The notes beneath the pieces were generated by a model that was given only the letters and a program-made list of their open reading frames with translations, had not been told where the DNA came from and ran no database searches. A stretch of DNA of 64,000 bases, taken from contig OY781964.1 of NCBI GenBank assembly GCA_963677485.1, forward strand, positions 3,680,001-3,744,000. The letters are read 5' to 3'. Positions 40,375 to 49,949 of the stretch are shown here, piece by piece; the first letter of the stretch is position 1, and each line of letters starts with the position of its first letter. A program made the translations under genes and the position numbers. This stretch comes from Armatimonadota bacterium (lineage in GTDB: Bacteria > Armatimonadota > HRBIN16).

Positions 40375-42432
40375 ATGCATGATACAGATATTCCGACAGG
40401 TTTCCCCAATGATCCCATCATGGCTGGGCCGGACGAGGTGACTCGTGTCGTGAGCTGGGCGAAAGCGGCATTCGCCGGGGCACCTCTCGAGACGTGGGAC
40501 GCGTTACTCATCAAGCCGACATCTCTGCCATTCACCTTCAAACTCAACGGGGTGGCATCTACGGAGTTCCTCGACCGCTGGCATCACAGCAGTGTCAGCA
40601 CGGAACTAGAAGACAAGCTGCTGATCGACGCAGAGTGGTCGGAACCCGCTACCGGGTTGACCATTACCGTTGAGGTCAAGGTGTTCAAGAAGTTTGCGGC
40701 CATCGACTGGCTGCTACGATTTGAAAACAAGGGTAGCGCAGAGACACCCATTATCGAAGATATCAAGACCGTGGACATCACGTTGGATACGAATAGCCGA
40801 GAGTGCGCTCCGGTGCTGCACCAACTGCACGGTGATTCGTGTGGAGGGCAGAGTTTTGCGCCTTTCGACACGGAGCTGTTCTGGTCTGGGCAGGTTCTCA
40901 CCATGGCTCCCAGCGGCGGACGGCCGTCAAACGCCACGGCTTTCCCGTTCTTTGACTTTGAGTATGAGGGGCAAGGTGTCATCACCGCAATCGGTTGGTC
41001 TGGGCAGTGGTCCGCGAGTTACCATCGGTCTGATGATAAGCTGCAAACGGCCTTTTGTGCAGGGCAGGAGCTGACGCATCTGCAGCTCCAACCCGGGGAG
41101 TCCATCCGCACACCTCGAGTGCTGCTGGTGCCCTGGGCAGGTGATCGCGCACAGGCGCATAACCGCTTCCGCCGCTTGATGATGGACGAATATCTACCAA
41201 GGCCAAATGGCCACTTGATCAACATGCCTGTGGTGTTGCAGACATTTGACCTGTACCACAACTTCTGCACCGACCATGTCGATTTTGCCGACTGGGCGAC
41301 CGAAGCAGGCCAGATTGAGGCGGTAGAGGCTGCACACAAACTGGGTTGCGACACCTACTGGTTTGACGCCGGCTGGTTTGTGGGTGACTTCCCAGCAGGA
41401 GCCGGAAACTGGTTCTGCAAACCCAAAGAGTTCCCGAATGGTCTGAAGCCGGTTAGCGATCGCTGCCATGAGTTGGGCATGAAGTTTGTGCTCTGGTTTG
41501 AACCCTGCCGTGTGGCTCCCAATACTCAGATTGCGAATGAGCATCCAGAGTGGCTGTTGGGCGATTCATCCGCGGATAGGCTGTTCAACCTGGGTATCCC
41601 TGAGGCCAGACGCTGGATGACAGATATGCTCTCAAGCCGGATCACGGAGTTCGGCGTGGATGTCTATCGCGAAGACTACAACATCGACCCACTGGGTTTC
41701 TGGCGATCTTGTGACGCCTCCAACCGGCAAGGCATGGCGGAGATACGGTTTATTGAGGGCCATTACGCCATGTGGGATGAGCTACTGGAGCGGCACCCGG
41801 GTCTGTGGATCGACAACTGCGCCAGCGGCGGCCGGCGGATCGACCTGGAGACCATCTCACGATCCGTGCCGCTGTGGAGAAGCGACACCGGCTGCTTCAG
41901 CGGTCACCCAGAGTGGAACCAACTGCAGTCGGCGGCGCTCAGCCAATACCTGCCCTTGCACACCGCGTGCGGATGGAGCCATGATGCTTATACGCTGCGC
42001 AGCTCTGCCACGTCTGGCGTGATCGTGCAGTTACCTTATCATGACGAGGAATTCCCGTACGAGGAGGCACGGCAGGCCATCGCGGAGGTGGAGCAGTGCC
42101 GTCAATACTGGTATGGCGACTTCTACAACCTGACTGGCATCACCTCTACGGTCGATGACATGATCGCCTACCAGTTCCATCGCACCGACCTGGACGCAGG
42201 TGTGGTTTATGTGTTCCGCAGGCAGCTCTGCCTCTACAGTGGGCTGGTGTTGGCATTTCAGGGGCTCGATCCTGAAGCGGGCTATCAGCTAGAGGTAATC
42301 GATGACCACCGCCACATCGTGCAGTCTGTTGAGTTTACTGGTGTGCAGCTTCAGGAAGAGGGTTTCGAAGTGCGGCTGCCGAGGAAGTCTAGCGTGATCA
42401 TTCGGTACCAGCGACTGACCTCTGGGGGGTAG
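40375..42432 (+). CDS. Alpha-galactosidase-like glycoside hydrolase (GH36)
   Basis: DAGW, FPNGL, LWFEP, DYN, IDNCASGGRRIDL, WRSD. Confidence 0.88.
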   Translation: MHDTDIPTGFPNDPIMAGPDEVTRVVSWAKAAFAGAPLETWDALLIKPTSLPFTFKLNGVASTEFLDRWHHSSVSTELEDKLLIDAEWSEPATGLTITVEVKVFKKFAAIDWLLRFENKGSAETPIIEDIKTVDITLDTNSRECAPVLHQLHGDSCGGQSFAPFDTELFWSGQVLTMAPSGGRPSNATAFPFFDFEYEGQGVITAIGWSGQWSASYHRSDDKLQTAFCAGQELTHLQLQPGESIRTPRVLLVPWAGDRAQAHNRFRRLMMDEYLPRPNGHLINMPVVLQTFDLYHNFCTDHVDFADWATEAGQIEAVEAAHKLGCDTYWFDAGWFVGDFPAGAGNWFCKPKEFPNGLKPVSDRCHELGMKFVLWFEPCRVAPNTQIANEHPEWLLGDSSADRLFNLGIPEARRWMTDMLSSRITEFGVDVYREDYNIDPLGFWRSCDASNRQGMAEIRFIEGHYAMWDELLERHPGLWIDNCASGGRRIDLETISRSVPLWRSDTGCFSGHPEWNQLQSAALSQYLPLHTACGWSHDAYTLRSSATSGVIVQLPYHDEEFPYEEARQAIAEVEQCRQYWYGDFYNLTGITSTVDDMIAYQFHRTDLDAGVVYVFRRQLCLYSGLVLAFQGLDPEAGYQLEVIDDHRHIVQSVEFTGVQLQEEGFEVRLPRKSSVIIRYQRLTSGG

Positions 42433-42474
42433 ATATCAGGTAAAATCAAGCTGAATGGTAAAGGAGTCAAACCG

Positions 42475-42858
42475 ATGACTGACAAAGTTCTTTACTGGCT
42501 CGAAATAGCTGATTACGATCTCGACACCGCACGTGACATGCTTAAGGCCAAGCGTTACGTGTACGTAGGGTTCATGTGCCACCAGGCTGTTGAGAAGGCG
42601 ATGAAAGCGGTGGTCGCATCAACTGGTGTGTTTCCGCCGAAGATACACAATTTAAAGGCACTTGCTGAAAAGGCCGGATGTCTTGCTAAAATGAGTCCTG
42701 AGCAGATAGCCTTCCTGGTGGACCTGACACCGATGAACCTGGAAACGAGGTGTCCTGAGGAGAAAAAGAAAATCTATGACTTGCTGACGGCCAGTTATAG
42801 CAAGGAAATACTCAGGAAAACGGAGGAGTTCTTATGTTGGATAAAAGCTATGTTGTAG
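42475..42858 (+). CDS. HEPN domain protein
   Basis: WLEIADYDL, CHQAVEKAMKA, PKIHNL, ETRCP. Confidence 0.9.
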   Translation: MTDKVLYWLEIADYDLDTARDMLKAKRYVYVGFMCHQAVEKAMKAVVASTGVFPPKIHNLKALAEKAGCLAKMSPEQIAFLVDLTPMNLETRCPEEKKKIYDLLTASYSKEILRKTEEFLCWIKAML

Positions 42859-43151
42859 AGTGCGTGCGCCGATTAGCTGATCTGGTACGACACGATGCAG
42901 ATATCCAGCAGGTGATATTGTTCGGCTCATACAGCCACGGAACTGCCAATGATGAAAGTGACATTGATGTTGCCGTGGTGACTGATACCGAAGATAACTG
43001 GTGGCCCAGGGTGACTGATCTGTGGCGGATGTGCAGTGATGTTGACTCAATGATCGAACCGCACCTGATGTATTCCGGCTCAGACCGCAGCGGCTTCCTT
43101 GAGGAAATCCGCCGCACGGGCGTGTTGATCTACGAACGCCAGAGTGCGTGA
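42834..43151 (+). CDS. Minimal nucleotidyltransferase (MNT)
   Basis: LFGSYSHG...SDIDVAV (GS-x10-DxD), IEPH, EIRRTG; overlaps the HEPN gene. Confidence 0.9.
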   Translation: MLDKSYVVECVRRLADLVRHDADIQQVILFGSYSHGTANDESDIDVAVVTDTEDNWWPRVTDLWRMCSDVDSMIEPHLMYSGSDRSGFLEEIRRTGVLIYERQSA

Positions 43152-43163
43152 TACCCCCAAGTG

Positions 43164-43207
43164 TGAAGAAGCCCATCCGACATGCTTATGTCGGATGGGC
43201 TTCTTCA
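43164..43207. terminator. Probable bidirectional terminator
   Basis: Perfect 20-bp stem TGAAGAAGCCCATCCGACAT-GCTT-reverse complement, between convergent genes. Confidence 0.8.
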
Positions 43208-43220
43208 TGGTGATGTAACC

Positions 43221-45560
43221 CTACTTGGTAGTTTTGACCTCATACACACTACCCGACTTCAGCTTCACGCTGCCGGCACCGGGCAGATGGAGCTTCAGGC
43301 TTTGCACGATCTCACCCTGTTTCCATGGCATCATGAAGCAAAGCCTCTTCTGTGCATCCGGGAAGCGAATCTGCCGAGACACGATCCCTGCGTCTTCCTT
43401 ACCCGGTAGTGACCAGCTTACCCGCAGGTCCCTGGTGGGCTTCTCTACTTGTATCTCCAGTTTGAGCAGGTTCAAACCATCGGAGTTGACTTCGAAATCT
43501 GACATAGGCAGCACGATGTAAGGATCATTACCCATGACCGTGAAGCTGGCAACACCCTTGGAAGTGCCCTCATACTTGATGTCATGCAAGGTGGCTGAAG
43601 GCAGACCCAGAGTGCTGATATCTAGTTTCCACTTTCGCACGGAGGTGGCTTGGTGGTCACCTGATGTCAGCTCATTCACCACTTTTTGCAGTGGGGCGAG
43701 GTGCTGCTGCAGGTAGCTATGTTCGGATATGCTCATGCGCTGCAACATGTTGGCGATCTTCTTCATTGGAGCTTGCTTGGAGTTGCCATTGGCGGTGCTG
43801 GCCTGAAGCACGCTGTCAGCCAGGTCATCCCAGGTTGACAGTGGCAGCGGCTCACCCAGGGTTTCCAGAATCTGCTTGCGAGGCATCACCTTAAGCTTGC
43901 CGGCTTCTTTCGCCTTTTCGACTATCGCCAGCAAATCCGATATCTTGGCGCTGGCGTAACCGGAGCCGCTGTATTCGCAGCCCTCGCCTGAATACCAGAT
44001 TTTGACTTCGTCACCAGCGATCACGGCTGAACAAGCGCGCACACCCAGGTGACCCCATGTTCCCCAGTCCGACCAGGTGACGATCGGGTCACTGCTCTGG
44101 AAGGGCGGTTCTGTGGTAGCGATGTCGTCATACTTCACCCAGTTGACTCCATCCAGCGAGAACGCCCATCCCAGCCGCTTCACCCCAGCCACAAACTCAT
44201 CATTGGTGATGTGTCCGTGGTAGAAGCAATGGTAGCTGGCGCCGGATTTACCTTTATATATACGTGTTTGTGTCTCTTCATCGCCCAGCTTCAGCATTGC
44301 GGCGGCCGACAGCCAGCCGCTGTCCCATTCGCCTGGTTCGCCCTGGGTGATCACAGGACTGAGGGATGACTTCTTCCAATGGATACAATCACTGCTTTCA
44401 GCGTATCCGAACTCGTTACGGTAACCTCGCTCAGCGAAGTTGATACCCGTATACCACATCTTCCAGATGTTGCCATCCTTGATGAACGAGTGGTCGCCAA
44501 TCACGTTCTCGTCCCAGGCACCCGTCGGGCCCATGTAAAATAGGGGATTGCCGGGTTCGGATGTCCAGTGGATGCCGTCCTTAGAGCGGTGCAGACCCAT
44601 GCCATCCCACCAGTTGGCGTTGATGGTGCTGCCGGCTGGGTGCCACATGAGATACTCGTCTCCGTACTTCAGACCGTCGGCATCGGCCTCATTGAAGTCA
44701 CCCCAAGTTCCTGGGGCTCCCAGAGGTTTCACCGCCTTGGTGCCGGCTGGCTGCGTCCAGGTGATGCCATCCTTGGATTCCGCATACGCCTGGCCATCAC
44801 CGCTGCTGTACCACATCTTATAGGTGTCGCCGTCCAGGATCACGGTTGGCGAATAGGCGTCGATGTTCAGCGGGTTCCCGGCGTAGACGGTGAACGGGCT
44901 TTTCGATCGCAAAGCTGGCTTCACCGATATATCGCTGAAGGAACCGGTCGCCGCCGCGGCGTAGAATCCAACCATTCCGCTGGGATGCTGTGATACCTTG
45001 TTTTCGACCGCGTGCCCTACATACTGACCGTCGATATAACAGTAGATGCCAGCCCGGTCCGTCACCACTTTCATTCGATACGGATGGTCAAACTTAGCCT
45101 GAAACGGGAAGGTGCCCAGCGTGGTGAACTGCAGATTTCTGACAACCTCGATGGTGACCACTTTCCGTGGCGCATTGAACCGCACGTTGATGAAATCATC
45201 TGTCGCATCGTTACCACGCAGGATCAGGCCGAGGCCTGCCCAGGATTCCCCGTTGTTCGATTGCATGTTGATGGTCGCCTCGAACACACAGTCTATCCAT
45301 TCATATCCATTCACGAATGTGCGTGCTCTGACGGCATCGACATCTGTGGATTGGAGGGAAGTTCCGTCTAGATTCCATGTGCCTTCCTTGGTGATCAGGT
45401 TGCCAGCGAGCTGGGCGCTTGTGATCGCTGCGGTTGTTTTGTCTACTGCCGTCAGGTCGGCAGCCGTCGATACCGCTGCTGTCGTCATCGCCATGAATAA
45501 TACCCCCATGATTTGGCTAATATTGGTTCTGTGCATCAATGTCGTCTCCATTCGTTGCAT
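43221..45560 (-). CDS. Secreted beta-propeller glycosidase (GH43/GH130-like) with N-terminal DUF1080/LamG-like and C-terminal CBM-like domains
   Basis: Repeated KMWY...YAESxDGxxW blades; signal-peptide-like N-terminus. Confidence 0.7.
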   Translation of the reverse strand: MQRMETTLMHRTNISQIMGVLFMAMTTAAVSTAADLTAVDKTTAAITSAQLAGNLITKEGTWNLDGTSLQSTDVDAVRARTFVNGYEWIDCVFEATINMQSNNGESWAGLGLILRGNDATDDFINVRFNAPRKVVTIEVVRNLQFTTLGTFPFQAKFDHPYRMKVVTDRAGIYCYIDGQYVGHAVENKVSQHPSGMVGFYAAAATGSFSDISVKPALRSKSPFTVYAGNPLNIDAYSPTVILDGDTYKMWYSSGDGQAYAESKDGITWTQPAGTKAVKPLGAPGTWGDFNEADADGLKYGDEYLMWHPAGSTINANWWDGMGLHRSKDGIHWTSEPGNPLFYMGPTGAWDENVIGDHSFIKDGNIWKMWYTGINFAERGYRNEFGYAESSDCIHWKKSSLSPVITQGEPGEWDSGWLSAAAMLKLGDEETQTRIYKGKSGASYHCFYHGHITNDEFVAGVKRLGWAFSLDGVNWVKYDDIATTEPPFQSSDPIVTWSDWGTWGHLGVRACSAVIAGDEVKIWYSGEGCEYSGSGYASAKISDLLAIVEKAKEAGKLKVMPRKQILETLGEPLPLSTWDDLADSVLQASTANGNSKQAPMKKIANMLQRMSISEHSYLQQHLAPLQKVVNELTSGDHQATSVRKWKLDISTLGLPSATLHDIKYEGTSKGVASFTVMGNDPYIVLPMSDFEVNSDGLNLLKLEIQVEKPTRDLRVSWSLPGKEDAGIVSRQIRFPDAQKRLCFMMPWKQGEIVQSLKLHLPGAGSVKLKSGSVYEVKTTK

Positions 45561-45702
45561 TACAGTATGAATATAGTCCTATGTGAAGTGAGAGTCGATA
45601 GCATTGATATCGAATGTTTGGCAATTCTTGTTATTATACAGTGACCATATAGAGCATCAATAGGCGTGACATTCTATCCGGTGGCCTTGAGGGGGTAGTC
45701 AA

Positions 45703-46509
45703 TTGGATTCATCAAGTATATTACACTTACCAAAAATTACGCACGCCAGAGAACATCAGGGCGGGGTTCTGGCGGCATACATTGACCGCGAATACGTATT
45801 CCAGCACTGCGTGAGCGGCGAGGCGAAGTTCCGGCTGCGGGACAGCTTGTACCGGGTGACACCAGGCACCACCTTTCTGATGCCTCCGCAGTTGCCCCAT
45901 GCGCTGCACTTTATGACTGAGGTGAGGGACTACCGGTATCTGGTGGTGCATTTCTCTTTGCCGGAGGATTCCACCCTGCTGAAGCCGTTCCCTATGGTGG
46001 TATCACTGACCGGTGATGATGCCGATGCGGTATCCAACTCCCTGAAGGAGATAGTCTCAGAATGGCAGGCCGGGCAGCCAGGATATCGGCTAGTCACCTC
46101 AGGTCTGCTGGTGAAGGCACTGGGCATTTTCTGGCGTCACCGCGGCGCCGATGTTCTTTCGGATGTGGTCGTGTCCAGTGCCTGGCAGGATGTCGAACGC
46201 GCCATCAGTTGGATGCATCAACACTACATGGAACCATTGAGCGTGGATCGTATGGGGCAAGTGGCTGGTCTATCACCTGCCTACTTCTGTAAGGCGTTCA
46301 AGGAGTACACCGGCTGCAGCCCACACCGCTACCTCACCAACATCAGGGTCAGCAAGGCCACCCAGCTATTAACGACCACCGAGTTGAGCTGTACGCAGGT
46401 CGCCGAGCGTGTTGGGATCCCGACGGTGGCCGCCTTCAGCCGAGTATTCCATCGCGTGATGGGGGTTTCGCCAACCCAGTGGGTTCAGGACAACTATCCC
46501 AATAGTTGA
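45703..46509 (+). CDS. AraC family regulator (cupin + HTH)
   Basis: LSPAYFCKAFKEYTG, FSRVFHRVMGVSP. Confidence 0.92.
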   Translation: MDSSSILHLPKITHAREHQGGVLAAYIDREYVFQHCVSGEAKFRLRDSLYRVTPGTTFLMPPQLPHALHFMTEVRDYRYLVVHFSLPEDSTLLKPFPMVVSLTGDDADAVSNSLKEIVSEWQAGQPGYRLVTSGLLVKALGIFWRHRGADVLSDVVVSSAWQDVERAISWMHQHYMEPLSVDRMGQVAGLSPAYFCKAFKEYTGCSPHRYLTNIRVSKATQLLTTTELSCTQVAERVGIPTVAAFSRVFHRVMGVSPTQWVQDNYPNS

Positions 46510-46616
46510 GAAGCGGACCTTGATGGGATCGTATCGAACTCAGAAGGAACAGAGCCATGGGTTGACGTATATATAACCTATAGCGATACCCAACAAAAGC
46601 TGTATGGAGACATGGG

Positions 46617-49600
46617 ATGAAAGCATCTTCCGATACCGCAACCACTCAGATTGAGACCAAGGACGTGACCGTCGGGCTTCGGCAGGGAGCGGTGGTGGCG
46701 ATCACCAACCGGTTGACCTCAGAAAGCTATCTGATGGCTAATAGTTCTGAGGTATATGCCCGTGTCCACAGCACCGCGAACAAGCTGCCCTCGAGCCAGG
46801 CTCCTGGTGAATGCAGCGTGAACCGCCAGGGGAGCGTAGCCACGCTGAGATCGATCTGGAGCGATGGAAGCAAAGCCAGTACGGTATGCGAAGTTGATCC
46901 CAAATCTGGCGAGGTGATGATTACCCAGCAGGCCAGCACCCCATCGGGTGGTGTTTATGGGGTGTCCTGGGAGCTGGGGGATGTGCCTGACAGCATGTCG
47001 ATACTCGTACCCGGTGACAGCGGCCAGTGTCTGGGTGCCGAATCGGCCTTCGAAACACGCAGCTTTGACTATCCTATGCAATGGGAAGCCCCATATGTGG
47101 TGATCCTGGGATCGAAGGGTGGGGTGGTCATCCGCGCGGAAGACACGAAATACCAGTTCAAAACTCTGCATGTGGAGCACCGTCCGGGCTTTTTCCGTTT
47201 GCGGTTTGAAAGCCGAAACCAGGCACCATTTGACAAGCTGAACTCTGTGAAGTCCGTCAACTGGAAGATCACCGCATTCCGTGGACCGTGGCAAGTCGGC
47301 GCGGCGATTTATAACAACTGGGCAGCCAAGGCCTACAAGATGGTGTCTCTCGAGCGTAAGTCGGCCGCCTGGGCCAAGGATATCCAGTTCATCGTCACCA
47401 TGGATACCAATGTGGACCTGCTGCAGCCTCTGGCAAAACAGGTGAACCCCAGGCAGACCATCCTCTATCTGCCGGGCTGGCGTAAAGACGGTTATGACCG
47501 CAACTATCCAACCTACGAGGCGATAGATGGCTTCGAGCTGTTCGTGCAGGCCGCCCACAAGTTCGGTTTTCGCGTGATGCCGCACTGCAACTACTTTGGC
47601 TGCGACCCTTTGAACCCGCTATTCGCGCAGTTTGAAAAATACCAGATCCGCGATGCCTTCACCAAGGAACCGCAATGGTGGATTTGGAAAGCCGAACCGA
47701 TCATCAAATTCGCCTACATAAATCCCGCTAGCAAGGCCTGGCGAAAGCTGCTGGTGTCCCGCTTGGTGGAGCTGGTGAAGCGGTATAAAGTCGACGCACT
47801 CTACATTGACCAAACGCTGTGTATATATAATGATGGCGCTGGACTGGTCGACGGGATGAACTGCATTCAGGGCAACATCGCGCTGATCCGAGAGCTGACC
47901 CAAGCACTGCCCAATGTGCCTGTGGGCGGTGAGGGGTTGAACGAAGTGACCTGTCTATACGAGAGCTTCGCCCAGCGGCATGAGCTCTCCATCGACTTTA
48001 CTGCCGGTACTTGGGATACCAAGAAACTCGATCAAGCCCATCCCATCAGCTCCTCGCTGTTACTTCAGTACACCCGGATGTATGGCTACCTTGGTATGCC
48101 AAACCCCAACAACAATCCGGGGCTGTTTACCGCCTGGCGGACCGGATATGAGCGGTATGGGATCATACCGACGCTGCCATGGCCCAGCATCGACCAACTG
48201 GAAAAGCCAAGCGGGTTAGTCGCACAGGTATTTGACGAGGCCCGATTCTACCAGAAATACAAACCGACGGCAGACTTCAGCCCCACCTGGGGAAAGAGTG
48301 ACCGCTTTGTATACAAGCTGTCAGATGGCCGGCGGGCTGCATATCGGCAGGACACCGGCAGCAGCTTTCAGGTTGATGCTCCAGGCGGTAGCCAAACGCT
48401 CTGGCGGCGAATCACGGGCGTGTCTGAGCTGCCCACCACCGGCTCCATCCCCAGTTGGTATGCTTATGATGAGAAGAAGATCATCGGCCTGGACCCGGTG
48501 CAGACATACTACTGGAGCCCAAAGCCGCGCGACATGAAGGCACTCCACATCGCATCCTTACCAAGCCAGGAATTGACCTTAGCTGGGATCGGGGTACACG
48601 AGCAGTTCGCTAGGTTCCAGATGAAGTATGCGAAAGAGACGATCAGGCTGATGGACTGCGCGAGGCAGGCCCAGTCCGGTGTGAAGCTGTATAACGGGCT
48701 GGTGAAGCACTACCCAGGTGTTGGTTTTAGCGACGAATGCGGCGGGGCGATGATACAATCAGGCTCAGCGCTCTACATGCATCCGCCGTGGAAGCCATCC
48801 AAGGGAGGGCCTCAAACAACGAAGGCTGGGACTGGCTACGGCGATACTTTCGTGACCTACAACCTTGAGCTGCCTGCCGCGAAAAGCATCATTATCGAGG
48901 CGATGGTGAACCTTAGGGCCGGGCAGGACCCAGGTTCTGATGGGGTGCTGTTCCGCATAGAGGCATCGGCGGGCGGGAAACGGCTCTCCGCTGAGACGTT
49001 CGATGACACCACGGTGCCAAAGCCCCTGCGTCTCGATATTTCCTCGCTGAGTGGCCAGAAGGTAGAGCTGACACTCACGCTCAACCCAGGACCGGCCGGC
49101 AACTTTACCTGTGATGGCGCCATGGTCAACGACCCGGTGATCAAAGTCACCGCTGAGATGGCGGGTGCGGTTGAGGTGGTCTGTCCGCAGGCAGTCAAGC
49201 ATCTTCTCAGCGCATCGGGGCAGTCGAAACTCACCAGGGTTTCGGTTGATCGGTACCGCATCGAGAGCACCTTTCCCAACACCATCACGATGGTGTATTC
49301 CGATCCGTTGGCAATCACAGGGGATACAAACCTGCTGACCACGCCATACATGGCGTGCCAACGATCGAGCACAGGGATGGAGAGCCCTCCCGGTGGATGG
49401 TCATCAGTGGGCGTCGGTGAGGTGAGTTGCCTGAATGTACCTAAGCAGTCGTTATCGGCGCATCCGCCGGCCGATGGCAAGACCATCGTGGACTACTGGT
49501 TGAATGTGCCTTCTGGCAAAGCGAGGGTGATCGGGTATGTCGGCCTGCGGGATGGCTCCAAGTCGACGGGTGTGGCGTTCGAGGTGTGGGTGAATGGACA

Positions 49601-49775
49601 GCCTGTGGTCAGGAAAGTCGCAGTGCCTGACGATGGCTGGCTGCCGATTGAGGTAGATATTTCCCGTTATTCAGGCGCCCCTGTGATGCTGAGCCTGGTG
49701 ACCGACCCCAACGGGTTCGCGGACTACGACTGGGCAGTGTGGGGTGACATACGGCTGCAGACAGTTTGGAAATAA
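46617..49775 (+). CDS. DUF6259-like glycoside hydrolase with two NPCBM-like modules
   Basis: GWRKDGYDRNYP, GFRVMPH, ALYIDQ; two HPP...(D/T)GVxF modules; C-terminal YDWAVW. Confidence 0.7.
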   Translation: MKASSDTATTQIETKDVTVGLRQGAVVAITNRLTSESYLMANSSEVYARVHSTANKLPSSQAPGECSVNRQGSVATLRSIWSDGSKASTVCEVDPKSGEVMITQQASTPSGGVYGVSWELGDVPDSMSILVPGDSGQCLGAESAFETRSFDYPMQWEAPYVVILGSKGGVVIRAEDTKYQFKTLHVEHRPGFFRLRFESRNQAPFDKLNSVKSVNWKITAFRGPWQVGAAIYNNWAAKAYKMVSLERKSAAWAKDIQFIVTMDTNVDLLQPLAKQVNPRQTILYLPGWRKDGYDRNYPTYEAIDGFELFVQAAHKFGFRVMPHCNYFGCDPLNPLFAQFEKYQIRDAFTKEPQWWIWKAEPIIKFAYINPASKAWRKLLVSRLVELVKRYKVDALYIDQTLCIYNDGAGLVDGMNCIQGNIALIRELTQALPNVPVGGEGLNEVTCLYESFAQRHELSIDFTAGTWDTKKLDQAHPISSSLLLQYTRMYGYLGMPNPNNNPGLFTAWRTGYERYGIIPTLPWPSIDQLEKPSGLVAQVFDEARFYQKYKPTADFSPTWGKSDRFVYKLSDGRRAAYRQDTGSSFQVDAPGGSQTLWRRITGVSELPTTGSIPSWYAYDEKKIIGLDPVQTYYWSPKPRDMKALHIASLPSQELTLAGIGVHEQFARFQMKYAKETIRLMDCARQAQSGVKLYNGLVKHYPGVGFSDECGGAMIQSGSALYMHPPWKPSKGGPQTTKAGTGYGDTFVTYNLELPAAKSIIIEAMVNLRAGQDPGSDGVLFRIEASAGGKRLSAETFDDTTVPKPLRLDISSLSGQKVELTLTLNPGPAGNFTCDGAMVNDPVIKVTAEMAGAVEVVCPQAVKHLLSASGQSKLTRVSVDRYRIESTFPNTITMVYSDPLAITGDTNLLTTPYMACQRSSTGMESPPGGWSSVGVGEVSCLNVPKQSLSAHPPADGKTIVDYWLNVPSGKARVIGYVGLRDGSKSTGVAFEVWVNGQPVVRKVAVPDDGWLPIEVDISRYSGAPVMLSLVTDPNGFADYDWAVWGDIRLQTVWK

Positions 49776-49814
49776 AGCACCGATCCTGAATAAAAACCCT
49801 ACCGGATTTATCCG

Positions 49815-49903
49815 GTCGTCGGGGCGTCCCTTGTGGGCGCCCTACTCGATTGTTCATTCGATAATTCATGTTTTAGGGCGCCCACAAGGGACGCCCCTAC
49901 GAC
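49815..49903. repeat. GTAG-class REP doublet (REPIN)
   Basis: 30-bp inverted arms GTCGT(C/A)GGGGCGTCCCTTGTGGGCGCCCTA with one mismatch and a 29-bp spacer. Confidence 0.9.
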
Positions 49904-49949
49904 TAGTTGCTTACAAGGAGACATCACACATCGAAGGCGTGACTGGTTC

